From contig JACRQF010000011.1 of assembly GCA_016222825.1 (NCBI GenBank), positions 61,301 to 125,300 on the forward strand: a DNA stretch of 64,000 bases, written 5' to 3'. The position numbers and the translations under genes are program-made. The notes beneath the pieces were generated by a model, which was not told where the DNA came from, ran no database searches, and was given only the letters and a program-made list of their open reading frames with translations. Shown here one piece after another: positions 1 to 9,515 of the stretch (position 1 is the stretch's first letter; every line of letters starts with the position of its first letter). This DNA is from Verrucomicrobiota bacterium (lineage in GTDB: Bacteria; Verrucomicrobiota; Verrucomicrobiia; CAIQCK01).

Positions 1-295
1 TGGCCTGCGACGTGCCGGCGTTGTTGACGAGAATGTCGAGCCGGCCGAAATGCTCCAGCGTCGCCTGAAACATCCGCTTCACGTCGGCGGCTGCGCTGGC
101 GTCGGCCTTCACCGCCAACACGCGCCGTCCCATCTTCGTGATTTGCGCGACGACCTCCTGCGCCTGCGTCTTGGCCGACACGTAGTTCACCACCACGTTC
201 GCGCCCTGCTCGGCGCGCACCAGCGCGATGCCGCGTCCCAGCCCGCGCGACGCGCCGGTCACGATGGCTACTTGTCCGTTCAACGGATTCATCAT
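1..295 (-). CDS. SDR-family NAD(P)-dependent oxidoreductase (partial, runs off window start)
   Basis: Manual translation MMNPLNGQVAIVTGASRGLGRGIA...GRLDILVNNAG shows the TGxxxGxG and NNAG motifs. ATG overlaps the stop of the upstream gene (ATGA). Confidence 0.9.
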   Translation of the reverse strand, partial: MMNPLNGQVAIVTGASRGLGRGIALVRAEQGANVVVNYVSAKTQAQEVVAQITKMGRRVLAVKADASAAADVKRMFQATLEHFGRLDILVNNAGTSQA

Positions 296-3200
296 TTTGT
301 CTCCAGTGTAAACCGCATCTTCTCGCCGAACCATGCACGGCCTTCGGCGGTCATCTGTAATTCGACTTTGGTGTCTGAGGCGATGCCTTCGGTCAGCGTG
401 AACGATTCTCCGAACCCTGCGTCTTCCAGGCGGGGCGTATCCTTCGCGATGGGTTGCTTGAGCTTCAGCGTGGAGTTGGCGGTCGAGGCGAGATAGACCG
501 CGCCGGGTTTGCTCGCGCAGCTTGGGGGAGTCAGCCATGTTGCGTCCTGCAGGTTGCCCACGGAGGCTGCGGCAAGGATGGGCTTGTTGCGTGGCATGCG
601 GATGCGCGCGTCGTCGCGGACTTCGATCCAATTGCCGCCGGCGGTTTTGATCTTGAACCAGTTGAACTCGGCGTCGAGATACTTGGGTGGGTTGCGGCCG
701 CTGTATTTCGTGTTGCCGACGGCCACAAGCGGCGTGTCGGCGGAGGTAGTGCCTGTGCCGGGCGTGCGGATGCCGAGTTGGCGGCCCTGCGCGGCGGCGG
801 CTCCGAACGCCTCAGCGCCTTCGTTGAAGGCAATACGCCAGTGAGCGCCGTTGTGCGCGTCGCGGTCCATCGTGAACCACGCGTCCGGCTTCGGGTAGCT
901 GCGCGGCGTCTTGAACTTCGCGGCGTATTGTTGCAGCAACGCGCCGCTCGGCCGCAGCGTGCCGTCGGGGTTGAGGATGCCGTAGTCGCTCTTCTCGCTG
1001 ATGCGATAGCCACCCGCGAGCCACCACGGCGCTGCGCCGTTCGCGCCGGTCTCGAATGCGGCGCGGTAGATTAGTTCATGGCACTGTTCTTGGTAGGTGA
1101 TTTCTTTCTCGCCGGGCTGCATGGCGGCGCGGTCCCACGCGCTGGCGCCGAACTCCACCCAGAGATACGGCTTTCCCTTCGTCGCGAAATGGATGTAGCG
1201 GTTGATGAAGCCCGCGGCGTTGGTTCCCTTCGCGTCGGGTTTGAAGCCGTAGCCTTCCATCGCGAAGAAATCCACGTGCTTTGGCGTCGCGGTGAGCGTG
1301 AAGTCCCACGGCGGCAGGTTGCCCTGACGGAAGCTGACGAGATGGTTCGGGTCGAGCCGGCGCAACGTGCGCGTCACGTCGTTCCATTTCCGGCTCATCA
1401 GGTTGTCCATGAAGCGCCGGTAGGCGGCTACCATCACACGCGACGGGCCGTCTTCCTTGAACTGTTCGTTCGTCGGCGAAGTGACTCGGCCGTCCAGCCG
1501 CGGCGCGGGCAGGCCCCAGTCGGCCTCGGCGTTGGTGAGGCTGCCGTAACGCTCGTCAATCCAACGCGCCCAATCGGCGTCCCAACGCTGGCGAAAGGGA
1601 GCGGTCTCGGTCCATCCGAAACTGTTATACTTGCCGCCGAAGAGCCAGCCCGCCGGTTCCCAGATGAGGTCCCAGCCCATGAGCGTCGGATTCTCCGCGA
1701 GTCGCGTCGCGCGGACGAACTCCGCCACATTGTTCGCCTGGAAATGATGCGGCATCATCAGCCCTTGGAAATAATGCGGATCGTCGGTGATGACGTGCGA
1801 GGCGACGAAGACGAACACGCGGATGCCGTGGTTGCGGCAGCGGCGGAGGAAATCGAGCAGCGTGCGGCGGTCGTTCTGGTGATGCGCGCGAATGGCGACG
1901 AAGTTCGCGCCGAGCGACTCCAACTGACGCAGGTCGCGCTCGACCTCTTCAGGGTTGTAGAAACCGGGCGAGAGCCAGTGGAAGGTGTAGTCCTCCTGCT
2001 CCAGCGCGATGGCGTAGCGCGGCCAGTAATTGACGCCGACTGGATACCACTTCCGCCCTTCGAGCCAGAAATCGCCGTCCCGCACCGTCACGAACGCGTC
2101 GCGCGGGGCTTTCTCCGTCGAGAGCACGCCAATCTCGTGCGAGATGACATCAATCACCTTGCCGTCGCGCAGCAGTTCCGTTGTGACAACATAGTTCTGG
2201 CTGGTGAACTGTTTCGGCACCCACAGGAATGACGCCGTTGCCCTCGACGAGCGGCCCGGTTTGATCGTGAGTTTTGCCTCCCTTTGGAACGCCGGATTCC
2301 TGTCGCCCTCCGCGCAGACGCGAATGCGAACGGTGACGTCCGCCCGCTGTGCGCCATGATTGACCACCACCGCGCCGAGCCGGACCTTCTCGCCCGGCCA
2401 GTAGGAGAACTCTTGAGAGCCGGCGTGCGAGAGAAACACGCCATCAAAAATCCGCCGCGCCATGTCTCCGAAGAAACCGGCGCGAGCCATTTCCTTTAAC
2501 GCAGTGGGATCGCTGATAGCGCAGGCAGCCACCACCGAGCCTTCCGCTGCAACGGGAATGCTCGCTATGTTCGCGCCGACGAGCCGTCGCACCGCATCCG
2601 CGAACGCCGGTCCCTCCGACAGCGGCGCTTGGTGCAGCAACATCCACGCCACCGTGCCGCGCTCGACACCGTCCTTGTCGAAGCCTCGCACCAGCGGAAT
2701 CCAGCGCCATTTGTAGCCGCGCTCGAAACCTTTCCCTTCAGGCCGCGCATAGCATGACGCCGCTGTCGCAACGGCCGGCAGCTTCATCGTCTCGTCCCCG
2801 GCGGCCTTCAGCGAGGCGATGTTCGTCAGCGGATACGTCTTGTAAGCCGGCGACACCGTCTCGATCAGCGGGAGCGGATTCTTTTCCACTTCGCCGACGC
2901 CGGGGAACGGGTGAGTCGCGGTGCCGATCTGGTCCACCCAGACCGTATGTTTGCCGTCGGCCACGTAGGGGGTGATGTCGCGGTTCACCAACTTAAATGA
3001 GAGGCGGCGCGCCTTAAACGGATCGGCGTGACCCAGGACGCAGAAATCCTCCGCGCGGAGCACGTGATAGGTCCAGTTCCTGTTGATCGAAATGACGGCG
3101 ATGCCGCGTTGGAGTGGCTCGGTCTCCTCGATCAACCGCACGGCCAGCCGGGCGGTCTGCCCGTCGCCCTTGACCCAGAAGCACAACAGGCCGCCGGACG

Positions 3201-3837
3201 CAGCGTTCGCCAGAGGTTTACTGGACGCGCCCATGCCGGTCGGGAAACCGCTCTCGTAATCAAAGGCGATCTTCAGGCAACCCCGCGATCCTTCCACGCC
3301 GCCCGGCACGATTTCGGCGGCGGTGTGTTTTCGATAGGCGCCGCTTTGCGCCCAATCGGCGGCTTTGCCCGGCGCTTCTTTGTCGAAATCGTAGAGCATC
3401 CGAGTCGGCTTCAGGTTCTTCATCGCGTTGCGGATGAACGCGGCGTCCACCCAGCGGCCTTCGTGTTTCCAAACCGGATTTCCGAACGGCGTCATGCCGA
3501 GCACCATCAAGCTGCCCTTGCCGCCGAGATAGCGGGCCAGCGCATCAGCCCCTGCCGCGGGATAAGCCGTCGCGTTCGGGATTACATAGAGGAAGCGCTT
3601 TTTCGGTGAGAGCATTGCCTCATCGCACGCCGCCTCCGCCGACAGTAACTCGATCTCAAACTTCTCGCGTCGCAACGCCTCCGCGACCGCATCCGCCGTC
3701 GCCGCGTCTATCCCCACCGCTGCATCCTTGAGGATCGCCACGTGCCGCCGCAGTCCAGCCTCTTCGCCGGTCACGGATGTGCACGTAGTCAAAGCGACAG
3801 CAAGAACGGCCATAACATTGAATATGAGCTTCATCAT
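292..3837 (-). CDS. Large secreted multidomain glycoside hydrolase-like protein (clan GH-A-like catalytic region)
   Basis: Signal peptide MMKLIFNVMAVLAVA. Region GVNYWP...WDLIWEP...LWVEFG resembles GH-A acid/base and nucleophile glutamate motifs. Start chosen at the ATGA overlap. Confidence 0.65.
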   Translation of the reverse strand: MMKLIFNVMAVLAVALTTCTSVTGEEAGLRRHVAILKDAAVGIDAATADAVAEALRREKFEIELLSAEAACDEAMLSPKKRFLYVIPNATAYPAAGADALARYLGGKGSLMVLGMTPFGNPVWKHEGRWVDAAFIRNAMKNLKPTRMLYDFDKEAPGKAADWAQSGAYRKHTAAEIVPGGVEGSRGCLKIAFDYESGFPTGMGASSKPLANAASGGLLCFWVKGDGQTARLAVRLIEETEPLQRGIAVISINRNWTYHVLRAEDFCVLGHADPFKARRLSFKLVNRDITPYVADGKHTVWVDQIGTATHPFPGVGEVEKNPLPLIETVSPAYKTYPLTNIASLKAAGDETMKLPAVATAASCYARPEGKGFERGYKWRWIPLVRGFDKDGVERGTVAWMLLHQAPLSEGPAFADAVRRLVGANIASIPVAAEGSVVAACAISDPTALKEMARAGFFGDMARRIFDGVFLSHAGSQEFSYWPGEKVRLGAVVVNHGAQRADVTVRIRVCAEGDRNPAFQREAKLTIKPGRSSRATASFLWVPKQFTSQNYVVTTELLRDGKVIDVISHEIGVLSTEKAPRDAFVTVRDGDFWLEGRKWYPVGVNYWPRYAIALEQEDYTFHWLSPGFYNPEEVERDLRQLESLGANFVAIRAHHQNDRRTLLDFLRRCRNHGIRVFVFVASHVITDDPHYFQGLMMPHHFQANNVAEFVRATRLAENPTLMGWDLIWEPAGWLFGGKYNSFGWTETAPFRQRWDADWARWIDERYGSLTNAEADWGLPAPRLDGRVTSPTNEQFKEDGPSRVMVAAYRRFMDNLMSRKWNDVTRTLRRLDPNHLVSFRQGNLPPWDFTLTATPKHVDFFAMEGYGFKPDAKGTNAAGFINRYIHFATKGKPYLWVEFGASAWDRAAMQPGEKEITYQEQCHELIYRAAFETGANGAAPWWLAGGYRISEKSDYGILNPDGTLRPSGALLQQYAAKFKTPRSYPKPDAWFTMDRDAHNGAHWRIAFNEGAEAFGAAAAQGRQLGIRTPGTGTTSADTPLVAVGNTKYSGRNPPKYLDAEFNWFKIKTAGGNWIEVRDDARIRMPRNKPILAAASVGNLQDATWLTPPSCASKPGAVYLASTANSTLKLKQPIAKDTPRLEDAGFGESFTLTEGIASDTKVELQMTAEGRAWFGEKMRFTLETK

Positions 3838-6800
3838 TTGAGCACTCCTTGCCGCACAGCGCGCCAATAGACGGCCTGTGTGTAGTAGTGGCCGTAGAAG
3901 ATGACCTTGTCGTAGTCCACCTGCGCAATCATCCGTTTCGTCAGCGCGAGTTGATCCGGTGTAAGGGAACGCTGCGGACAGAGAAGCTGCACCAGCGCCG
4001 CCTCGGCAGGCTCACGGATCGTGCGGTCCTCGGTGATGAGTGCGTCGGGACGCGTGGGGACTTGGTAGATGGATGACTTGCGGAGCGGCCATGTCCGCCA
4101 GTCGAACCAGAATGGTTTGCCTGACGGTGGATGGTATTTGAGACATTTGGTGAAGAATACCTGCGCGCGGTCCGCCGCCAATTGCATCGCCTCAAGCCAT
4201 TGCCGCTTCAGTTCGGGAGACTCTTCGAGTTGGTGGAGAACCTCCAACGAGACCTGCTCTTGCAGCAACGCGTAAGGAATCTTCGTGGATTCCTCCTTCG
4301 ACTTCGCGGCGGCTTCGGGACTGTAGCGGCGGGCGAGTTCCTTCCAGTGATTGTCACCGGTCACATCCGCGCCAATAGCGTAGATCATCGGCAGGCGCGC
4401 GATTTCGTGCGCCATGTTCTCCCACATTTTATCCACGATGCCATCGAACGTGCCCGTGTCCTTGCCGATGCTGTAGTTCTTCGCGGGGACGATGTTCCTC
4501 TCCATGCGCCGGCAGATAGCGGTGATGAGTTTTCGTATCGTCGCCTTTTCCTCCGGCTGCGAGAGCGGGCTGTGGTAGTAGCGCCACAGGCCATAGACGT
4601 GCCACGTGTATTGGTCGCGGGAACTCTCGGAGTAATGCGAGCGGCGGTCGCTCGGACAGATGCCGCGACTGACGAAGCCCTCAGTCGCGCTCACGGTGAC
4701 CAGCGACGCAAGACCGGCGAAGACTTTCGCGGCGAGCGGGCGCAACGCGGCATCGTTGGTGGCCGCGAAGCGGTCGCAGATCATGGACAGCATCAATCCG
4801 CCGCTGATGGCGCAGTCTTCCATGCCGGTGCCCCAGCCGTTGGGGTTGGGGTATTGGCGGCGGGCTTCCTTTGGCGACGGCAGGGCAGCGAGGCGCTTCG
4901 CTGGCTCGTAGCTGCAAACGTAGTCGTAGAAGAGATGCGTGCGGTCGTCGTAAAAGCGGTCCCACGCGGCGCGCCATGCTTCCTCGGCTTTCGCGCGCAG
5001 TTGCTGATCGGTCACGGCAAACGCAGTATCGGCTTTCTCGTAAACGAGAACCGCGAGACCGTGTTGTCCAAGACGCACCGACTGGCTGCCATCAGGCGCG
5101 GCATCCACTTTGGCCTCACCGAGGCAGCTTGATTCCTGAAACGCGTAGCCCGGCACGCGAATGCACGCCGTCGCCGGTGTTGGTGAAGTCTGCGTTGCCA
5201 CGACCGCCATGCGATTGCCGTTGATGAAACAGCGCGCGTTGACCTTCGGGTTATCGTTCACGAAGCCCTCGGTGTCCTTGTAGGTGCCCAGCAGCAACAG
5301 GTCGCAATACTTCTCCTTGAGCCGGTTGACTTGTGCCAGATAGCGCTGGTAGTTCGGCGCCTTGTCTATCAGGTCGCGGCAGCGGTAGATCTCGATGTCG
5401 TTGCGCAGGCCCTTGAGCAGGGCGTGATTCACGCGGCGCGGCACGTCGGTGTCGTCGCGGATTTCGCGGTCGGACAGGATGACCTCCGGAAACGTGAAGC
5501 GAATCCACTCGGTGAAATCTGTCGGGCCGGTCGCGCCGGTGATGTTGTGGATGTAGTCCACATGCTGCGCCGTCACGTCGGTGAAATGCTCCGTGCCGAG
5601 CGCGAAGTCGGGGCTGGCCTTCGCGTCCAGATAATCGTGGATCATCTTCAACGTCTCCGCCTTGTCGGCGATGACGCGCGTGTTCGGCACCGGAAACTCG
5701 CCGCTGAGGTCCCAGTTCGAGTTGGCTTCCGCGTAGCCCAACTGGTCGTAGAACACGCTGTCTACGTCGAAGCGGATCGCGCGGTCGGCCATCCGCAGGA
5801 GCTGCTTGCGCCACTCGTCGCGGCGCGTGTCGGCCACCACGAACGTCCGGGCATTGTAGTGGCCGGTGAACGTGCCGAGTCCCTTGAAGCGGTATTGCTC
5901 CGTGTAGTGCGCGCCAGTGTTGTCCTGAAAGCAAACATTCTTGCCGTCGCCGTTGCGGTAGAACGCGCTCGCGGTATCAATCAGCTTCCCGTTGAAGTAG
6001 AGCATCAACCGGCCGCCCTGCTTGCGGGAATCGGCGATGGCCTGCGCCCACGCCTTGTCGCCGCCTTGCGCCGCGTCGGTCACCCAATACGAGTCCGGAT
6101 AACCGTTGTCCATGCCGGCCTTCCACCAACCGAACGCCAGCACGTTCTCGCAGCCGACGCTCTGGCCGGCCTTGCGGATGCGGTCGCTCAGGTCGCTGAA
6201 CGAGAAAAACTGCTCGCCATACTGGTGAACAAAGATCAGCCGCTGCCAGCCTTTCATCTTGCGCACCCAGAGCGGCACTTCGCGCTGGTGCCACCAGGTG
6301 TCCGCCCATTTCCGGTAGAACTTCGACGTCTGGTGCCATCTGCCGGAGTAGGGCGCGATCACGTTCGCGTCGCACGACCACGACTTCCCTTTCACGCAGT
6401 TCGGATATTTGTAGAGGCCGGTCTCCAGTGCGGTCCACGCGCCCGCCGCATCGGGATACACGCGCAGCCCGTGCCACGTGTCCTGGAACGCCGGGTCGTG
6501 GCTGGCGAGATATAACCCCTGCGCCGCGCCCACGAGCGCGAAGCAGTTCGCCGACGTGTGTCCCGGATACTTCAGGTCCATCTGGCGGTAGAACTGTGAC
6601 GGCGCCATGTAGGGCGGACTGTTGCCAACACCGAGAATGTGGGCCGCCGGGTTTGCGATGAGTTGGCCGCCGCGCTGCGTCGTCAGCAACTTGCAGTCGG
6701 CCGGCAACCGGCAACCGCCGACCAGTGGATAGTGCAACTCGCGGATGATCGTGTGCGGCTCGTCGTTTGAAACCTCCGAGCCGAAACGAACCAGCCCGTC

Positions 6801-7145
6801 CTCCAGCCGGATGCTCAGCACCAGCTTCATCCGGAGGTTCGCGCCGCGAGCCTTCAGCGAATCGTAGCGGAGCACGATGCGATTGTCCTGCCGCTCAATC
6901 GCGGGCTGGTTTTCTGGCGCGACAACCTCGTTCTCCTTTTGCCCGTCCTTGCGGTCGAAATATAGCCGCCACAGCGGCCGGCCACCGGCGTAGTCGTGTT
7001 TGGTTTGCGGATTCTTCAGCGAAACCAGGTTGCCTTTCTCGTCAATCGCCACCTCGACCTGCTGGTCTTTCAGCGTGTAAACCTCCGCTTGGGCGGCGAC
7101 GAGAACCGACCACAGCGCCAGACCGCAAATCATCATGGATTTCAT
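3834..7145 (-). CDS. Secreted DUF6259-like putative glycoside hydrolase fused to a C-terminal helical domain
   Basis: Signal peptide MKSMMICGLALWSVLVAAQA. The GWW..GMDNGYPD, LYFNG and FYDQLG pattern recalls DUF6259-type proteins. A second domain begins near residue 700. ATGA overlap. Confidence 0.55.
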   Translation of the reverse strand: MKSMMICGLALWSVLVAAQAEVYTLKDQQVEVAIDEKGNLVSLKNPQTKHDYAGGRPLWRLYFDRKDGQKENEVVAPENQPAIERQDNRIVLRYDSLKARGANLRMKLVLSIRLEDGLVRFGSEVSNDEPHTIIRELHYPLVGGCRLPADCKLLTTQRGGQLIANPAAHILGVGNSPPYMAPSQFYRQMDLKYPGHTSANCFALVGAAQGLYLASHDPAFQDTWHGLRVYPDAAGAWTALETGLYKYPNCVKGKSWSCDANVIAPYSGRWHQTSKFYRKWADTWWHQREVPLWVRKMKGWQRLIFVHQYGEQFFSFSDLSDRIRKAGQSVGCENVLAFGWWKAGMDNGYPDSYWVTDAAQGGDKAWAQAIADSRKQGGRLMLYFNGKLIDTASAFYRNGDGKNVCFQDNTGAHYTEQYRFKGLGTFTGHYNARTFVVADTRRDEWRKQLLRMADRAIRFDVDSVFYDQLGYAEANSNWDLSGEFPVPNTRVIADKAETLKMIHDYLDAKASPDFALGTEHFTDVTAQHVDYIHNITGATGPTDFTEWIRFTFPEVILSDREIRDDTDVPRRVNHALLKGLRNDIEIYRCRDLIDKAPNYQRYLAQVNRLKEKYCDLLLLGTYKDTEGFVNDNPKVNARCFINGNRMAVVATQTSPTPATACIRVPGYAFQESSCLGEAKVDAAPDGSQSVRLGQHGLAVLVYEKADTAFAVTDQQLRAKAEEAWRAAWDRFYDDRTHLFYDYVCSYEPAKRLAALPSPKEARRQYPNPNGWGTGMEDCAISGGLMLSMICDRFAATNDAALRPLAAKVFAGLASLVTVSATEGFVSRGICPSDRRSHYSESSRDQYTWHVYGLWRYYHSPLSQPEEKATIRKLITAICRRMERNIVPAKNYSIGKDTGTFDGIVDKMWENMAHEIARLPMIYAIGADVTGDNHWKELARRYSPEAAAKSKEESTKIPYALLQEQVSLEVLHQLEESPELKRQWLEAMQLAADRAQVFFTKCLKYHPPSGKPFWFDWRTWPLRKSSIYQVPTRPDALITEDRTIREPAEAALVQLLCPQRSLTPDQLALTKRMIAQVDYDKVIFYGHYYTQAVYWRAVRQGVLK

Positions 7146-9436
7146 TTCGTGTCTCCGATCAAGTTCGTTGGCCCTTTGAATTCGACATTGATGAGCGAGT
7201 TGCTTCCCTTGCCTGTTGTGCCCTTGATGGCCGGGTTGTTGAGCGAGCCTTTGCTGACCAGGCTTGATGGAAGAACCAGCGTTCGCCGGTGCGTGGTATT
7301 GGCGTCGTTCGGCAGGAGCATCAGCTTCGCAAGCCGCCCGTTTTTTACCACGACCTCCACCGCGAGATTGCCGTGGCACGCAAGCTTGAACGAGAAGTCC
7401 TTCCACGCATCGGGAACGGCGGGTGCGACCCGGATTTGATCACCGCGGCTCTGCACGAGCATTTGGTTCAGCGCATAAACGACGTTGCCCGACGCAGTCG
7501 AGAACCACGGATGCATCGCGACCTTCGCCTCGTTGATCTCGAACATCTCCGCGAAGCAGCCTGCACCTGCCGCTGCCTCGTCGAGCAATTTGATTGGCTC
7601 AGTCTTGTCGCCCAGCGCGGCCAGTGCGGCGGCCATCCAGCCCGCATACCACGCGCAGACCGAATTGCCCACCGGATACATGTTGCCGGATGCCCGGCCG
7701 TTGGCGACAAAATGATAGACGGCATTCCGCTGGCGCGCGTCCGTCTCGTAGAACAGCGGGTAGGGGAAGAGTCCGCCGAGCGACGCCACGCTCTCCTCCT
7801 TGCAGCCAGGGTAGGGGGCATAGCGATCGCCGTTGTGCGGGAGCGACTCGCGCAGCTTCGAGGCCGCATGTTTCCACGCTACAGCCTCGGCGTTGTAGGT
7901 CTTGAGCAATGCCGCCGCCTGCGCCGCCGCTTCCAGCGTGTAGATCGCGCCGCAGGAGGTCATGAACGGATTCAGCCGCGCCGGCCCTAGTCGCTCCAAG
8001 TCGGTGCATTTGCCGATGAACATGCCGCCGTCGGGCGCTTCATAGACCATGTTCGCGAGGAAGAACCGCGCGCACTCCTTGATGACCGGATAGCCGGTGT
8101 TCTTCAGATAAGCCGCGTCGTCGGTGTAGAGGTGCTGGAACCACGCCGAGAGCGCGATGTTCGACATGTGGAAAACGTGTTCCATCCAGAAACCGGGCGG
8201 CGCCCCTTCGGTGCCGTCTTCGAGCGCCTCCCACGGAAACCGCGCGCCATACGTCCCTGGTTTGCCGTAGTGACTCGCGCGGTAGATCGCCTTCTGCAGC
8301 CCCGCAAACCTGAACTCCGGGCAACGCCGCGCGATGTCGCGATGGTTGCTGCTGATCAGCGCCTGGTAGCAGAACATCTCGTCCCAACCGAAAAACTTTC
8401 CCGCCCAGTGCGTGGGGAAGATGCCGACCGGAAACGACCACCTTGTCGCGTTCGCGCGCAGATGATATTGAGCGGTGCAATAAACTCTTTCCAGTTGCTC
8501 GTCCGGAATGCGCACATACGACTCGTCCCAATACTTGCTCCACTCCTGCCGATGCGACGCCAGCACGCCATCGAAGCCTTTTTGCCGCACCCGCGCTCGC
8601 AACTGTGTCGCGCGCTCCAGATAGTCCTTCCCGTCCAGCGAATCCGCGAACAGCAGATAGAACGTCACCTCCACCGGCCGCGCAGCATCAAGCGCGACAT
8701 CCGACGACAACGCGACCACTTGCTTGTCAATCGTCGTGGTTACCGGCTTGTCCGAGAATATTGAGATGATGCCGCCACACGAACGATGCCCGTCCAACTG
8801 ATACCGGAAATCCGCGCTCTGCGTCGTCTTGTTCCACTCCGACGCACACACCATGCGCCGCGGAACACGGTTCTCCTTGCCCGGCGGTGTGAACTGATAC
8901 TTGAACGTCAACTTGGCCGACCGCGCGTTTGGATTCTTCGCCGACAATCGCTTCTTCACCACAATCAGATCGTGGGCGAGATGTGTGAACACAACCGTCT
9001 CAACCGTCAGCGCATTCTCATACTCATTCCGGCAAGTCACGGTCGCTGTCTTCGTGTTTAGTGTTTGCGTCCAGCTTGTGGGTGTCGCGCAGTTCTTTCC
9101 ATCAACCTCAAGTGCCTGCTCGAAATGGCCGAAAGGAACCATGTCACCGTGCCCTGGTCCGTATCGTCGCCCCGCCCACCAGATGGTCGGCGTCATGCGG
9201 CAATAGGCGCGCTGAGACAGGCCACCCATGTAGTCCACCAGCATCGAAAGGCTCCCGTTGCTCACCAAAGGAGGGACATAGCTTGGCGGCACCGACTTCG
9301 CGGTCCCGCTTGCAGTTGTCTGGTGGGGCGAATCCTTTTCAGTAGAGGCGGCGACCACCAATCCCGGCAACGCAATGATTGCTGCAAGCACCAGCGTGAT
9401 AGTTCGTCCAATCTTGCCGCCAAGTTGATTGTTCAT
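7142..9436 (-). CDS. Secreted GH65/GH95-like (alpha/alpha)6-barrel glycoside hydrolase
   Basis: Motifs HRQEWSKYW, WAGKFFGWDE, GARFPWE, YPVIKECARFF and PAVPDAWKD are typical of GH65/GH95-like enzymes. Signal peptide present. Confidence 0.7.
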   Translation of the reverse strand: MNNQLGGKIGRTITLVLAAIIALPGLVVAASTEKDSPHQTTASGTAKSVPPSYVPPLVSNGSLSMLVDYMGGLSQRAYCRMTPTIWWAGRRYGPGHGDMVPFGHFEQALEVDGKNCATPTSWTQTLNTKTATVTCRNEYENALTVETVVFTHLAHDLIVVKKRLSAKNPNARSAKLTFKYQFTPPGKENRVPRRMVCASEWNKTTQSADFRYQLDGHRSCGGIISIFSDKPVTTTIDKQVVALSSDVALDAARPVEVTFYLLFADSLDGKDYLERATQLRARVRQKGFDGVLASHRQEWSKYWDESYVRIPDEQLERVYCTAQYHLRANATRWSFPVGIFPTHWAGKFFGWDEMFCYQALISSNHRDIARRCPEFRFAGLQKAIYRASHYGKPGTYGARFPWEALEDGTEGAPPGFWMEHVFHMSNIALSAWFQHLYTDDAAYLKNTGYPVIKECARFFLANMVYEAPDGGMFIGKCTDLERLGPARLNPFMTSCGAIYTLEAAAQAAALLKTYNAEAVAWKHAASKLRESLPHNGDRYAPYPGCKEESVASLGGLFPYPLFYETDARQRNAVYHFVANGRASGNMYPVGNSVCAWYAGWMAAALAALGDKTEPIKLLDEAAAGAGCFAEMFEINEAKVAMHPWFSTASGNVVYALNQMLVQSRGDQIRVAPAVPDAWKDFSFKLACHGNLAVEVVVKNGRLAKLMLLPNDANTTHRRTLVLPSSLVSKGSLNNPAIKGTTGKGSNSLINVEFKGPTNLIGDTK

Positions 9437-9515
9437 CGCGCGGCCATTGTGGCGCACCAGTGCCCGCCGGTAAATGGACAAGAATCGCGTCTCGGTGGAT
9501 GCGGTTAGCGGGAGA

